Positions 21,893 through 33,543 of a DNA stretch of 64,000 nucleotides are shown piece by piece. A program made the translations under genes and the position numbers. Each line of letters opens with the position of its first letter. Position 1 is the first letter of the stretch. Source of the stretch: Antedon mediterranea (taxonomy: Eukaryota > Animalia > Echinodermata); contig NC_092678.1 of assembly GCF_964355755.1 (NCBI RefSeq), positions 19,609,365-19,673,364 on the forward strand, written 5' to 3'. The notes below the pieces were generated by a model. That model saw nothing but the letters and a program-made list of their open reading frames with translations. It had not been told where the DNA came from and did not search any database.

Positions 21893-24800
21893 AACAATTC
21901 AATTAACCCAGAATGTGCCACGCAACTCAGGCCTCTTCTTTACAAACGTTACCGTGTTTGATTCTCACATAGTTAGCGGTATGCTGGACACTGGCTCGTC
22001 TGGGTGTACTATTAGTGACTTTGCAGTCAGTTCACTAAAACAGAAAAAACTCATCAATTTAGAAGATTGCGAAGCAGTAGATGTTACAATCATTGGATGT
22101 GGAGGATCCAAAACACAATGTAAATATATGTACAATTTGAAATTAACCATTTATAATTTTAACTTTAATGTTCCCGTTTTAGTTGTTCCCGGACAGGTGG
22201 ATGATTTGATTATTGGTTCTAACGTCATTAGAAAACTTATTCAATTGATGGAAGGCAGTAATGACATTTTTCATCAACTCACTCAAGTAGAAACCACATC
22301 TGGTCCCAGAGATGAGTTTATAGACTTGGTATCAAATGTTGGCAACTGGAGCTCCGGACCAATCCCGAACAAAATTGGAACACTACGACTCAGACACTCT
22401 CTTATACTGCAACCACGATCTGAGCATTTAGTATGGGCCAAATTACCAAATCGAACACATATATCAATAGGCAGTACCATTATAATCGAACCCACAACAT
22501 CCAGGGCTATACCAAGAGGTATAATGGTTGCCAGATCTGTAGCTATGCAGTATGGAGACAAGTGGGTGCCACTGAAAATTATTAACATCACAGACAAAAT
22601 AATAACTTTGAGACGAAATGCCAAGGTTGCAGATGTGTCCCCTTGTATGAACTTAAAAAATATACCAAAACTCCAACCTACTTGCCAGTACACAGCTGCT
22701 ATCAAACAGGAACCCCAACCTAGCTTTAATTCCAAATTAGCTAATTGTGGAATTCATGATCTCGACATCGACTCAAGTGAAGTAACTAACTCATACAAAG
22801 ACCGATTGGCTGACCTTATTGTTAAATATCAAGATATTTTTTCGAAGGATAAGCTCGACTGTGGAAAGGTGAAAGGTATTGAACATCGTATCCGGTTGAC
22901 CGATGACCGACCATTTCGTCTCCCTTATAGAAGGGTAAGCCCAGCAGACTATCAAACACTTCGTCATGTCCTCAATGAGATGGAGGAAAAAGACATCATC
23001 CGGAAGTCTTCGAGTGAATGGGCATCCCCACTTGTATTGGTATGGAAGAAGAACGGTGACCTGCGTATATGCACAGATTTCCGGTGGCTCAATGCAAGAA
23101 CAACGAAAGACGCCCATCCCCTGCCAAACCAAGGAGATTCTCTTGCAGCCCTCGGAGGTAATTCACTGTTCTCCACAATGGATCTTACATCAGGGTACTA
23201 TAACGTTCCAGTTCATGAAGACGACAGGAAATACACAGCCTTCACCACACCAATGGGACTATATGAGTACAACAGACTACCTCAAGGACTTTGTAATTCA
23301 CCCGCTGATTTCATGCGAATCATGATGGGAATCTTTGGTGATCAGAACTTTTTAAGCCTTTTAGTATATCTAGATGATCTTCTTGTATTTGCACCAAATG
23401 AAGAAATGGCTCTGGAAAGGCTTCAGATGGTATTCGAACGATTAAGAAATAGTGGTCTGAAATTAGCACCTAAAAAGTGCCACCTTCTACGTCGCAGCGT
23501 CAAGTTCTTAGGACATGTGGTCGACGAGTCTGGGGTTCATACTGATTCAGATAAGGTGCAACCTATAGTCGACGTTAGTAAGGCTGCCCTGATGGCCTCA
23601 GATGGAATGACCCCTTGTCCTAAGAAGATTCGATCCTTTCTTGGGATGGTGGTGTATTACCAGCACTTCATCCAGGATTGCTCAGCTATTGCAAAACCTT
23701 TATTTAATCTTACATCCGGTACTATGCCTTGCAAGCGGGGGAAACGTAAACATAAAATTCGCAAACTTCAACCGTGTGATTGGACCGCTGCTTGTGAGGA
23801 TGCCTTTGAAAAATTAAAACAAGCCCTTTCTCAGGATATAACTTTAGCTCACCCTGACTTTAATCGTCCGTTCATTTTATCAACAGATGCTTCCACTGCT
23901 GGATTGGGAGCTGTTTTATCTCAGGCTCCTGCAGATGGCAGCAAGCCCAGACCAGTAGCATTTGCTAGCAAGTCGCTCTCAAAAAGCCAGATGAAGTACC
24001 CAGCTCATAGACTGGAGTTTTTAGCACTAAAGTGGGCCATATGTGAAAAGTTTAGCCATTGGCTAAAGAATAATCGATTTACTGTCTGGACTGATAATAA
24101 CCCGCTTACGTACATACTAACGAAACCAAAGTTGAACGCGTGTGAGCAGAGATGGGTGGCAAAATTAGCACCCTACACATTCGATATCAAATATGTCCCA
24201 GGTCCAAAGAATATCGTCGCTGATGCATTGTCACGTGAACCATTCGTTCCAGTAATGAGTACACATATTCATAGATTATTCAGGGATCGGGTGAACAGTC
24301 AACGGATACTTAATGAAATATCGGAGAGTGAGGTGTGTGTGGTGTTTAACCAACACCTACACTGGCAAGAACACACAGAATGCAGGGCATCTGTCTACGC
24401 TAAATCTATGATAAATGACCAACTTACGTTAAACACCAATTTAATTTCCTATACTAATGATGACATACGGAAGAAACAATTAGACGACAATATCCTACAG
24501 AGAGTTATAGAGTATGTGGAGCGGAAGAGGAGGCCATCCCGGAGAGAGCGGGCATTGGACACCAATGCCATAAACGTAATTATGAGGCAATGGGATAAAC
24601 TGAGACTTATCGATGGTGTTCTCTTTCGACTTACAAAAAATCCTATTAATAAACAAACACGTTCCCAGCTTGTTGTTCCTAAATCGATGCAGGCCGAAGT
24701 ACTTAACGGCGTCCACGATGAGATGGGGCACCAAGGACTGAATCGAACGATGAGCCTATGCCGAGATCGATTTTATTGGAACAGCATGGAGACCTCCATA

Positions 24801-26222
24801 TCAAATTATATTAAACAGTGCCAACGCTGTGTAGTGGCGAAGACACCTGAGACGGCTGCCCGGGCCCCACTGGAAAGTATCCAAACTACATATCCAATGG
24901 AACTTGTTTGCATAGATTTCTGGACAGCAGAAGACCACAACAACAAGTCGATTGACGTCTTGGTTGTTACAGACCATTTCACAAAACTCGCTCAAGCTTA
25001 CCACTGCACAAACCAATCAGCAAAAGAAGTTGCCAAGAAGTTGTGGAACAACTTCTTTTGCATTTACGGATTCCCGACGAGAGTGCATTCTGACCAAGGT
25101 GCAAATTTTGAAAGTTCCCTGATCGCTGAGCTTATGGATGTTTCTGGAGTCGCCAAGTCACGAACAACTCCGTACCATCCGATGGGAAATGGCTGCACGG
25201 AACGTTTTAACCGTACTCTTGGCAATATGATTCGATCCTTATCTCCCAAGGACAAGTACCAGTGGCCTAACAAGCTCCAAAGCCTGACATTCGCATATAA
25301 TTCCACTGTTCATGAAACAACCGGGTACGCACCATTTTATCTTATGTTTGGAAGGGTGCCACGGTTACCAGTAGACATGGTCTTCCGAACCTTCTCCCGT
25401 ACTGATCAATCTCCAGACTACAATGCCTACATTAAATCACTTTCAAAGTCACTTGAAGACGCCATTAAGACAGTTGAGGTGACTGCGCGGAAAAACCAAC
25501 GGCGACAAGCCCGATTGTATGACAGGAAAATGAGAGGTACCGACATTGAGATAGGTGATCACGTCTTAAAAGCCAACAAAGGTGCAGGGAAGCGAAAGGT
25601 CGCTGATAGGTGGGATTCAGATACCCATGTAGTTTTAGAAAAATGGCCGGAAACTCATACGTTCCGATTAAAAAGTAACTCATCTGGAAAGGTCTGTGTT
25701 GTTCACCGGAACTTCATTTTAAAAGTTAATTTCCTTCCAGTGAGTGACGAAAATGAAGCAATCGAGACGTTGTCTTCTGCACCTACACCTACACCTTCTG
25801 ACCATGGTGATTTCATGACAGATATAACAGATTATGATGCATCGTCAACGAACTCTGAACAACCAGCCATTTGGAAAGATGTGGATCTTATTCAACCTTA
25901 CGTCCCTGAAGCTGCAGTATCAGAATCTGCTAATACAGTATCCATAGAACAACAAGAAACACCATCTATCAACCCTGCTTCTGTCCATGCATCTGTGGAA
26001 CCGTCAGAAACTTCTCCTTCAACTGAGCATGATATCACTCCCGTCGCAGTCGTCATGGATCATACTGATGATAACTCCTCAGGAGAAACACGTTCAGAAC
26101 CAACCTTAAATCTCCGACGTTCGAAACGTGTAATTAAACCGCCAGACCGATACGGCTTTATTTCTAAGTGGCTCTGGGGAACCCCTACACTAACATCCCA
26201 TGTGGGTTGTTTAGATGTTTGA
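21840..26222 (+). CDS. pol: Pol polyprotein (aspartic protease, RT, RNase H, integrase), in the -1 frame relative to gag
   Basis: The frame is open from 21822 to 26222. Motifs: LDTGS (PR), LPQGL and YLDD (RT), TDAS (RH), HDEMGH...CQRC zinc finger with DDE core (IN), and C-terminal LRRSKRVIKPPDRY. Confidence 0.97.
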   Translation, partial: LTSPRPQEQGVDKSGNAPTIQLTQNVPRNSGLFFTNVTVFDSHIVSGMLDTGSSGCTISDFAVSSLKQKKLINLEDCEAVDVTIIGCGGSKTQCKYMYNLKLTIYNFNFNVPVLVVPGQVDDLIIGSNVIRKLIQLMEGSNDIFHQLTQVETTSGPRDEFIDLVSNVGNWSSGPIPNKIGTLRLRHSLILQPRSEHLVWAKLPNRTHISIGSTIIIEPTTSRAIPRGIMVARSVAMQYGDKWVPLKIINITDKIITLRRNAKVADVSPCMNLKNIPKLQPTCQYTAAIKQEPQPSFNSKLANCGIHDLDIDSSEVTNSYKDRLADLIVKYQDIFSKDKLDCGKVKGIEHRIRLTDDRPFRLPYRRVSPADYQTLRHVLNEMEEKDIIRKSSSEWASPLVLVWKKNGDLRICTDFRWLNARTTKDAHPLPNQGDSLAALGGNSLFSTMDLTSGYYNVPVHEDDRKYTAFTTPMGLYEYNRLPQGLCNSPADFMRIMMGIFGDQNFLSLLVYLDDLLVFAPNEEMALERLQMVFERLRNSGLKLAPKKCHLLRRSVKFLGHVVDESGVHTDSDKVQPIVDVSKAALMASDGMTPCPKKIRSFLGMVVYYQHFIQDCSAIAKPLFNLTSGTMPCKRGKRKHKIRKLQPCDWTAACEDAFEKLKQALSQDITLAHPDFNRPFILSTDASTAGLGAVLSQAPADGSKPRPVAFASKSLSKSQMKYPAHRLEFLALKWAICEKFSHWLKNNRFTVWTDNNPLTYILTKPKLNACEQRWVAKLAPYTFDIKYVPGPKNIVADALSREPFVPVMSTHIHRLFRDRVNSQRILNEISESEVCVVFNQHLHWQEHTECRASVYAKSMINDQLTLNTNLISYTNDDIRKKQLDDNILQRVIEYVERKRRPSRRERALDTNAINVIMRQWDKLRLIDGVLFRLTKNPINKQTRSQLVVPKSMQAEVLNGVHDEMGHQGLNRTMSLCRDRFYWNSMETSISNYIKQCQRCVVAKTPETAARAPLESIQTTYPMELVCIDFWTAEDHNNKSIDVLVVTDHFTKLAQAYHCTNQSAKEVAKKLWNNFFCIYGFPTRVHSDQGANFESSLIAELMDVSGVAKSRTTPYHPMGNGCTERFNRTLGNMIRSLSPKDKYQWPNKLQSLTFAYNSTVHETTGYAPFYLMFGRVPRLPVDMVFRTFSRTDQSPDYNAYIKSLSKSLEDAIKTVEVTARKNQRRQARLYDRKMRGTDIEIGDHVLKANKGAGKRKVADRWDSDTHVVLEKWPETHTFRLKSNSSGKVCVVHRNFILKVNFLPVSDENEAIETLSSAPTPTPSDHGDFMTDITDYDASSTNSEQPAIWKDVDLIQPYVPEAAVSESANTVSIEQQETPSINPASVHASVEPSETSPSTEHDITPVAVVMDHTDDNSSGETRSEPTLNLRRSKRVIKPPDRYGFISKWLWGTPTLTSHVGCLDV

Positions 26223-26805
26223 TTGTTTAAACTGTATTAATTTTGCTTGACACTTAACTTGTTTTTTTTATATAATTATGTCTGAGAGAAGACAATTTTA
26301 CTTGATTTTTTAATTTTAATCTCAATAGTTTAATTTGTTACCTTTATTGTATACTGTATCTTTTGTGTGATAATGTTTTTTTTAACATACTTGTTTGCCA
26401 TGTGTATGGCTTGTGTTATGTTGGTACATCACCTTGTGTTGGGTGGGATTGAACCTTCGAGTAGTAATCGCAGGATTTCGAGAAACTTCTGAAGTGTAAA
26501 CGGGCACTTCTGTACACCGACTATTGTGGGTATGGCCACCCTTCAATAGTAATCCATTTGGATAAATTGTTATTGGTTGTTTCTAATAATTCTGCATAAC
26601 TTGCTCTCATTGGTTCAATCAGGTACAGGTATACTGTTGTGATATAACAGTTTCGTTTTTTTATAAATGCCATTTAGTTAAGTTTTTATTTTTTTGTTTT
26701 TTTATGTAATTCCCTATGATGTCATTTTCATTGTATAAATAGTGACTAAATGTACCGGTGTATTTAGGTTTAGGTTAATGCATTTGTATATCACTGAGAT
26801 TTAGC

Positions 26806-26823
26806 AGATAAATGGGGGGTGAG
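26806..26823 (+). promoter_or_regulatory. Polypurine tract
   Basis: Purine-rich agataaatgggggg-tgag directly abuts the 3' LTR. Confidence 0.8.
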
Positions 26824-27665
26824 TGTAACAGGGTAACAGGTATGCTTATACCCAAATACTTGAATGATTTATCTGCTGAATCTGACTTGAATCTGAGAAA
26901 CCTTGTGGGACCCATTAAAGTAAAAGCTGGAATGATAAATGACCATGCTATAAATAGATGAGTCACCTCATCCAAGTGGCGGGAAAATGGTCATGAATAT
27001 TTAGTGTATAATGTTTCAGTATGGGTCAGTTCATAAATGGACAAGGGATTTTGTTAATTGATTTGCATTTTTAATAGTTTCTTTTTTGTATAACCGAACT
27101 TTAAATTGATAATTACATGTGTATGACTCGAGTTACAATACAATCGTTCTGTAAACTATGAAATAACGTTATGGTAAATGTATATACCATCGGTTAAAAA
27201 TTGTAATAGTACCCAACTGGGAATGGATGACACTTACTAGTGCCTAGCCCAAAGTGAAGGTTTTCATCTCCTTCCGACTGGTTACTAGGTAAGCATCTAT
27301 ATTTTTATCTCTCTTAATTTTAGAATTGTTTTACTATAGTTAATATAGTTGATTAGTTATTTGATGTTATACTATAGTTAATGTAGTTGATTAGTTAATT
27401 GATTGTTATACTAGACACAACGCAATAGTAGCCTATACTGTCGTTAATGATACGATCGATCGATCACTGATATGTTATTTTAAATATAGTAACACTGTTT
27501 TTGTTATATCTCCTTCCGACTGGTTACTAGCTTCAATAAAAGAATTTAACTTTTCCAAACCGAGAACTGTCTCTGTGGATGACTTTATTGTGTTTGTGCC
27601 AGTGCTGCAGCTCCTGAAAATACTACGCGATAAAGCTACGACGCTAGTAGTACGAACCTGTTACA
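26824..27665 (+). repeat. 3' LTR
   Basis: Same length as the 5' LTR, with no differences noticed by eye. Confidence 0.97.
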
Positions 27666-27984
27666 CTATATTGGCCATTTATATGCATTCTTTACCAATT
27701 CACAAATTGTTTAGAGAGCAAATGCGCCGAAGCATGACATTCCAAACTGATTTAGAATAATTGAATGCATTATGCCTATATAATGAAATACCTAACATAG
27801 ATAAAGAAAAACAAAACTACACTATTTAGGAGGCCTACAGATGTATGTTTAGAAATGTCCAAAATGGCCTTCCATAGAATGAAGTGCTTGTTATGTATGC
27901 AGGTGAAACATTTAATACCGGGTTTAACGATGCCACGTCATACAGCCGTAACTACGGCACTCTCGAACATCGGGTAAAAGTTAA

Positions 27985-30464
27985 AGATGTATTTTCCCCC
28001 AAAAAATGAAAAATAAAGATGAAAAAAATCAAATTTTGAATAGACCGTTTTGTAGTTAACATAAAGTTATTCACTTCCACCGAAAAAAAATCCGAAAAAA
28101 ATATTGATTTCGCTTATAAAAAAATCAAAATAAGTTTACCATTTTTTTCGAACTCATCGGCTCAGAAATTAGGCCGGTAGAGCTAACTCATACATATGCA
28201 TGATATGTTAATGAGCATCCACACAGCAGAGATCTGATCTAACAATGGACGATGCACGTTGTATGTACAACAACAACACCACCAGAGATTGACGCGACTC
28301 GACTGTGGGTTTCCCTGGCCTGATCGTATAAATATGTAAAGCTGAGCTGTTAATTTGTCGGTAAGTAGGCCTAGACGGTTATTTTAAATATAATAATATA
28401 TATAACGCAATAATAACAGGAAGGTAAATTAATTAACTTAGCCTGGGATTTTTTCAGTTCAGGGCTAGGCCTAGAATAATTAATACATGCTGCTGCATAT
28501 TACTAGGCTAGCCTAGTAGCAAGCAGACTGTGACAATCGGGTCCCTGCAGAAGATGCCCAGCTAGGCCCTATACATTGTACTCTTCATAGACTGGCCTAG
28601 GCTATATGCCATCAATCTTAGCTACATACCGAAAATACAGCCAGCTTGCTGTACCATATATATTTACAGTTGAAGCTTGTTTAACTAATTTTTATGATAA
28701 AAATAAAACAAACATTTTTCAGGGAAAATGGTTGCAATACAAGCCTGAAATTGAGAACCTTCCAGCAGCACTGTACAAGTAGACAGAGGGGAAAAGCCAG
28801 CTTAGCCATTTTACAACACAAACAAATGTTCTCTATGTAGTAAGTCAAATATTTATTTTCTCTTTTTATAAGTTATAATAACATTATAAGTAATGTGTTT
28901 TAATTACCATAGAAAGGTAGTATACTTATTTGACTATGTCAAAGTAAGCAATTTCACTAGCCCAATTTTGCACTAAATATGCATGATCTATTTTTTACAG
29001 ATTTTCATACTTTGCTTCTACTTTTTTTAAAGACGTTGAGCTGATGAAGACTGGAACAGAGGTCACCCAAAGACAACAATGATAGACTCGGTATTGGAAT
29101 ATGATTGGATATTGCAGGAAAAATATTTCTGACTCTCCTGCTGCATTCGGCCAATATGTTCTTGTCCAGCTTGTAAAATATTGTATAATTTTTTTTGTAA
29201 ACATAACATTCAATAAATAAAAAAAAACTACAACAACAGTACACAGGATAAATTCTTCAAATTTACTTACACTTCATAATTTTACTGTAAATATTACAGT
29301 GCAAAAGGAGTTAATAAAATATATATATATACAGTATATCTTATTGAATTCCTGTATTGTTTTTTGTGTCAATTTGTCTACTAATTATCAATGTGTTGAT
29401 TGTGGCAGTAATTACGACAGCTAGTATACTATAGTCTTCTAAGATCGCTCACATCCATTACAAAGTGTCATTTTAATACAGTAGTTAGTAAGAAACGTTT
29501 CAATAAATTGTGAATGTTGCCACTGTACGATACATTTTATGTTTCTCACTACTTGCTCTTATTGTTCAATCAATCAACCTAAAAAAAAAAGAAATTTGTG
29601 TCAAAATATCTGCATAAAATGTTTATTTGCGGAATGTTAATTTGAACCTATTGCATTTGATACAGAAAATATTTTTAAAATATTGCATCAGTAAAACATC
29701 CAAAACAATATTTAGATTTTCTTTTTTTTTTTTATTTTCACTGCCGAATAGATAGTTGAAATCTTTAAAAATTAAACCGATTCATCATGATTAAAACAAA
29801 AATACATCCCTTCTGGTGGTGGTCTACTCATGGAGGTATTTTTATACCTCCATGGTCTACTGTAGCCCTAGCTAGCAGTGTACTGCCTAGGCCTACTAGT
29901 ACTACACTCTACTTCTTTCTAGGCAGCAGTTAGGCTACTCGAGACTGTCAGTGCTACTAGGCCCTAGTAGTAGTAGTACAGTAGCAGCAAATTCGGGCCT
30001 AGCTAGGCCTCTCCTGTTAGCGAAAAAAAAACTCACCTAAATGAATAAGATTCAACATCAAAGTTACCAACTGTAATTCTAACTTAGCATTCTGCTAGCT
30101 ATAGTTTTCGTGTTTTCATCAAGATTCGTCTCGCATCACTACTCGACTCTCTCGCACGCATGCATTGCTATCGTTGTTGGCTGTTGATTTGGAAAGCATC
30201 ATCATCCACACGATGTATCCATACAATATGAATATTTATGAGCTAACTCAGGTCAAGGGTTAAATTAAACCGGAACACATTTGTCTTCCAGACAAATAGC
30301 TTCCGGTTGGTAAATTTTTGCATTAAATTGCGATTTTCCCGTGTAAAAAATTATTTTTTTCAATCCAAATTGAGGTTAAAGTGAATAACTTTTATGTGCA
30401 ATTAAAATGGCCTATTCAACAAAAATATTGAAAAAAAATTTTTTTTCAGGGGGACAATACATCT
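27985..30464. mobile_element. 2.5-kb TTAA-flanked TIR element (Kolobok-like, non-autonomous)
   Basis: TTAA|AGATGTATTTTCCCC...GGGGACAATACATCT|TTAA. Imperfect inverted subterminal blocks (gaatagacc...aagttattcactt; gagctaactcata). No transposase ORF. Confidence 0.8.
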
Positions 30465-30587
30465 TTAAACTACCGGTGAAAAAGTAGACAGACAGCCCAG
30501 AGACATTTGGTTAGATGAACTAGGTACCAATATCTGATTATTTAAGTGTGTCAGGGGTCACTTGAAGTCAATGGAAATGGGAGTCTG

Positions 30588-31460
30588 CCGGGTAGCGATT
30601 TTTTTTTTTCGTACATAAGTTGGGGACCCCTCATGAAACGTCACAAAATAAACATGAATAATTCATCAGTTAAATTTGTTGTTCCGTGTGCACCCAAGCG
30701 TACAGCAACAAGTGATACAATTCTTTCTAGGCCTAGGATTCTAGGTCAATTCACGTGATTGCCTTCGCGCACTCTTCTTCACACACACCACTATGCAAAA
30801 TGTGTCGAGGCAAATCGAGAGCTAGGCAAGACACATTCAACTGAGTAGTAATTGGACATAGCCCAAAGAAAGTTTAGACCCACGAGAATGTGTATAATTT
30901 GTGTACTGTAATTTTTTTAATTCTGCTATTTGATTATCAAACAATATGCATGTACTCAAAGGAACTTTAAAAATGCGCGTATATGAACACATGAGATGGA
31001 AAGATTAGACCCACGAGAATAAAAAATGTATTTTTGTGTAATGTAATTTGTTTAATTTTGCTGACTTATTACTCGGACTGTGTCATACCTAAAACACACA
31101 CGTCACACTAGAATAGACATGGGTTTTAGAGACTAATAATTAGGCCTAATAGTATTAATAGAAACTATAATTTTAACACGTAGTTATTTAGTAATAAATT
31201 CTATTAAAAAACCCCAAAAACTAAAGGCTGATTATTTCGACAATCCACACAAAACGCCGCTATTCTTTTATGAAATCGCACGCCGCAACCGCAGCGGAGA
31301 TAGGCCTAGAATCGTATCGCAGTTGTGTAATCACCTTGTTGTTGCTATACGCTTGGGTGCACACGAAGTAAGACAATTAACTGATGAATTATTCATGTTT
31401 ATTTTGTGACGTTTCATGAGGGGTCCCCAACTTATGTACAAAAAAAAAATCGCTGTCGGG
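30588..31460. mobile_element. Non-autonomous element with ~125-bp TIRs (superfamily unassigned)
   Basis: CCGGGTAGCGATTTTT...gtacataagttggggacccctcatgaaacgtcacaaaataaacatgaataattcatcag...gtgcacccaagcg is mirrored at ~31335-31460. Related relics occur in METTL27-like intron 3 (~36058, ~44281-44445). Confidence 0.75.
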
Positions 31461-32286
31461 TACCCCCTGCTGCGTCTAGATTGGGGGGACCCCAAAAGGT
31501 GCTAAAAAATCGGCACCAATTAGATGAGAGAGAAAAAACGTAATGTTACCACCATGTGATGCTCATTGGCATCCTTATACCAATATCACCAACGACAGAC
31601 ATTTTATCTGCTCTCCCGAGGGAGGGCCTAAAAATAGGGTTAGCATAGATGAGTGAGGTAGGCCTATACCACCCAAAATTATTGCCAAATGAACAAGTTG
31701 TGTTCATACAATACTAAATAGGTAACGGCAGGCTAATTGTCTGCTGCACCGCAAGTGCCATGACCGGGACCATGACACCCTAAAGTTTGACCAGAGGATC
31801 CCCTTCCCCCAAATGATAGTGTAGATACTGTAATACCAGCAATTGTTATTATGTTATGATTTAGCACATTGTAAGAAATACCAAATGACCTATTACAGAC
31901 TATTTGTACAGGGCCATAGCCAAGATATGTCAAGGGGGGGGGGGGGTTCCGGACACTAAGTAGGCCTTTTTGGGTCACTGGTCACGGGTCACGTGCCCAC
32001 TCCCTAGTGGGTCTGAGGCGAATTTTGTTAAATGACACCCCTTGATGGCCGGAAATGGTACTCTCGCACATAACATTCATGATAAATGGCACCACTAATT
32101 GGCCGGAAAAAAACACTCTCATGCAGCATGCTACCAATGAGCAAAACGATCGTACTTTTGTCCTCCTCCTCGTGAACTATTTAAAGGATGTGTTGCCGTA
32201 TGTTAGATGCGCGTGCTCTGTGTTCGGAACCACCGCCGATTGTTTTATCATTCACTCGGTATTTTGTTTTGCGTTAAAGTTACAAG

Positions 32287-33543
32287 CAGTGGCGTATTCA
32301 GGATTTTGAAGTTGGGGGGGGGGGGGGGGGCGGGATTTGCCAATTTGCCGACAAAATTGGTGTCATTATCTGTACATACACGACGTCTCTGATCAATTCT
32401 AGGATTACATAGTCATATTGTCTTATATGGGATAACGATGCAAAATTAAAACCAAACCAACATTATCTGTTAGTATGTTGTATTCATATCACATTAAAGA
32501 AAGAATTAGGAAAATCTGATTTGTAGTATAGGGTCTAAAACATCGCCGAAATGATCGTTTTTAGCCACGAAAGAAGTAAAACAATTTGCGGCCTCAGTCG
32601 ACAATTCTATTAACTACGCCATTTTTGGTTAAAATAATTACATATAATTACGTTTTTTAGTAATTTATTTTATATATTACCATTGGAAATATCAATAAAA
32701 CATGTTATTAAATGCTTATAAAATATATAAAGTTGTTTACTTAACGGAATTTGGACAAATTCATTGCTCTAACTTTGTGTAGTAACGATCAGAGAGATTC
32801 ATGGTACACGCGCGAGAGAAAACATTCCGCTGCGGGTGATTCGCATCCACCAATCAAATCAGCTAGAATTCTAAATCATCCAACCGTGAGCAATGCCAAT
32901 CCCGAGAAAGCTCAGCTTTGATTGGCTTACGATGACATCATATCACAAAATGGTGGTTTTGTAGTTGAGCCTCACGGAATATTCTGTTCCAAAAATGAAA
33001 TAGGACCTACATGGATATTTTTTTATGGTATATGTGCTTTTTCTTAAAAAATTTTGAATAATAAAGGCCTCATATCGAGAAAAAAAACGGGTTTTTGGCA
33101 CTTATAATAAATATATCTTAGACAAAAATTTAAAAGCACATGGCATGTGAAACTATATAATCTCTTAGCGTAGGAAGACATACAAATCCCAGGTCATGAG
33201 AGGCTCAACTGCATGCAAAAACAAGGTTTTAGGGTAAGGTCAAAGACTTTTGAGTAAACAATCTACCGCGTACGGCCGTACGTACGTGCTACACATTTTT
33301 TACGTGTTTCGTTAGATGTAATGAAAATAAAAAATAGTTGATCTGAAGGGATCAATGATGATATGATATGTAAATAAACAAACACTCAAAAGAATTATGT
33401 TTACAGTTCAATTATTGTCAGAATAAATAGTTTATTTTTTTTCCCGGCACCTTTGTTTGCCGACGGCCGCGATGATGTGCCGACGGAAACGAAATCAAAG
33501 GGGGCCCGGGCCCCCCCCGGCCCCCCTACTGGATACGCCACTG
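32287..33543. mobile_element. Non-autonomous hAT element
   Basis: TIR CAGTGGCGTAT(T/C)CAG, a perfect 8-bp TSD GTTACAAG (32279-32286 and 33544-33551), and G/C-run subtermini. Confidence 0.88.

Larger units (their letters stand above)
19310..27665 (+). mobile_element. Full-length Ty3/Gypsy LTR retrotransposon
   Basis: Two 842-bp TG...CA LTRs, 4-bp TSD CTAT (19306-19309 and 27666-27669), PBS, PPT, and intact gag and pol with PR-RT-RH-IN order. Confidence 0.98.

Noticed and set aside
20790-25683. Antisense and alternate-frame ORFs within gag/pol
   Set aside because: Shadow ORFs of a long coding region, with no recognisable motifs.
26223-26805. Possible env or third ORF after pol
   Set aside because: T-rich sequence with frequent stops and no ORF of useful length.
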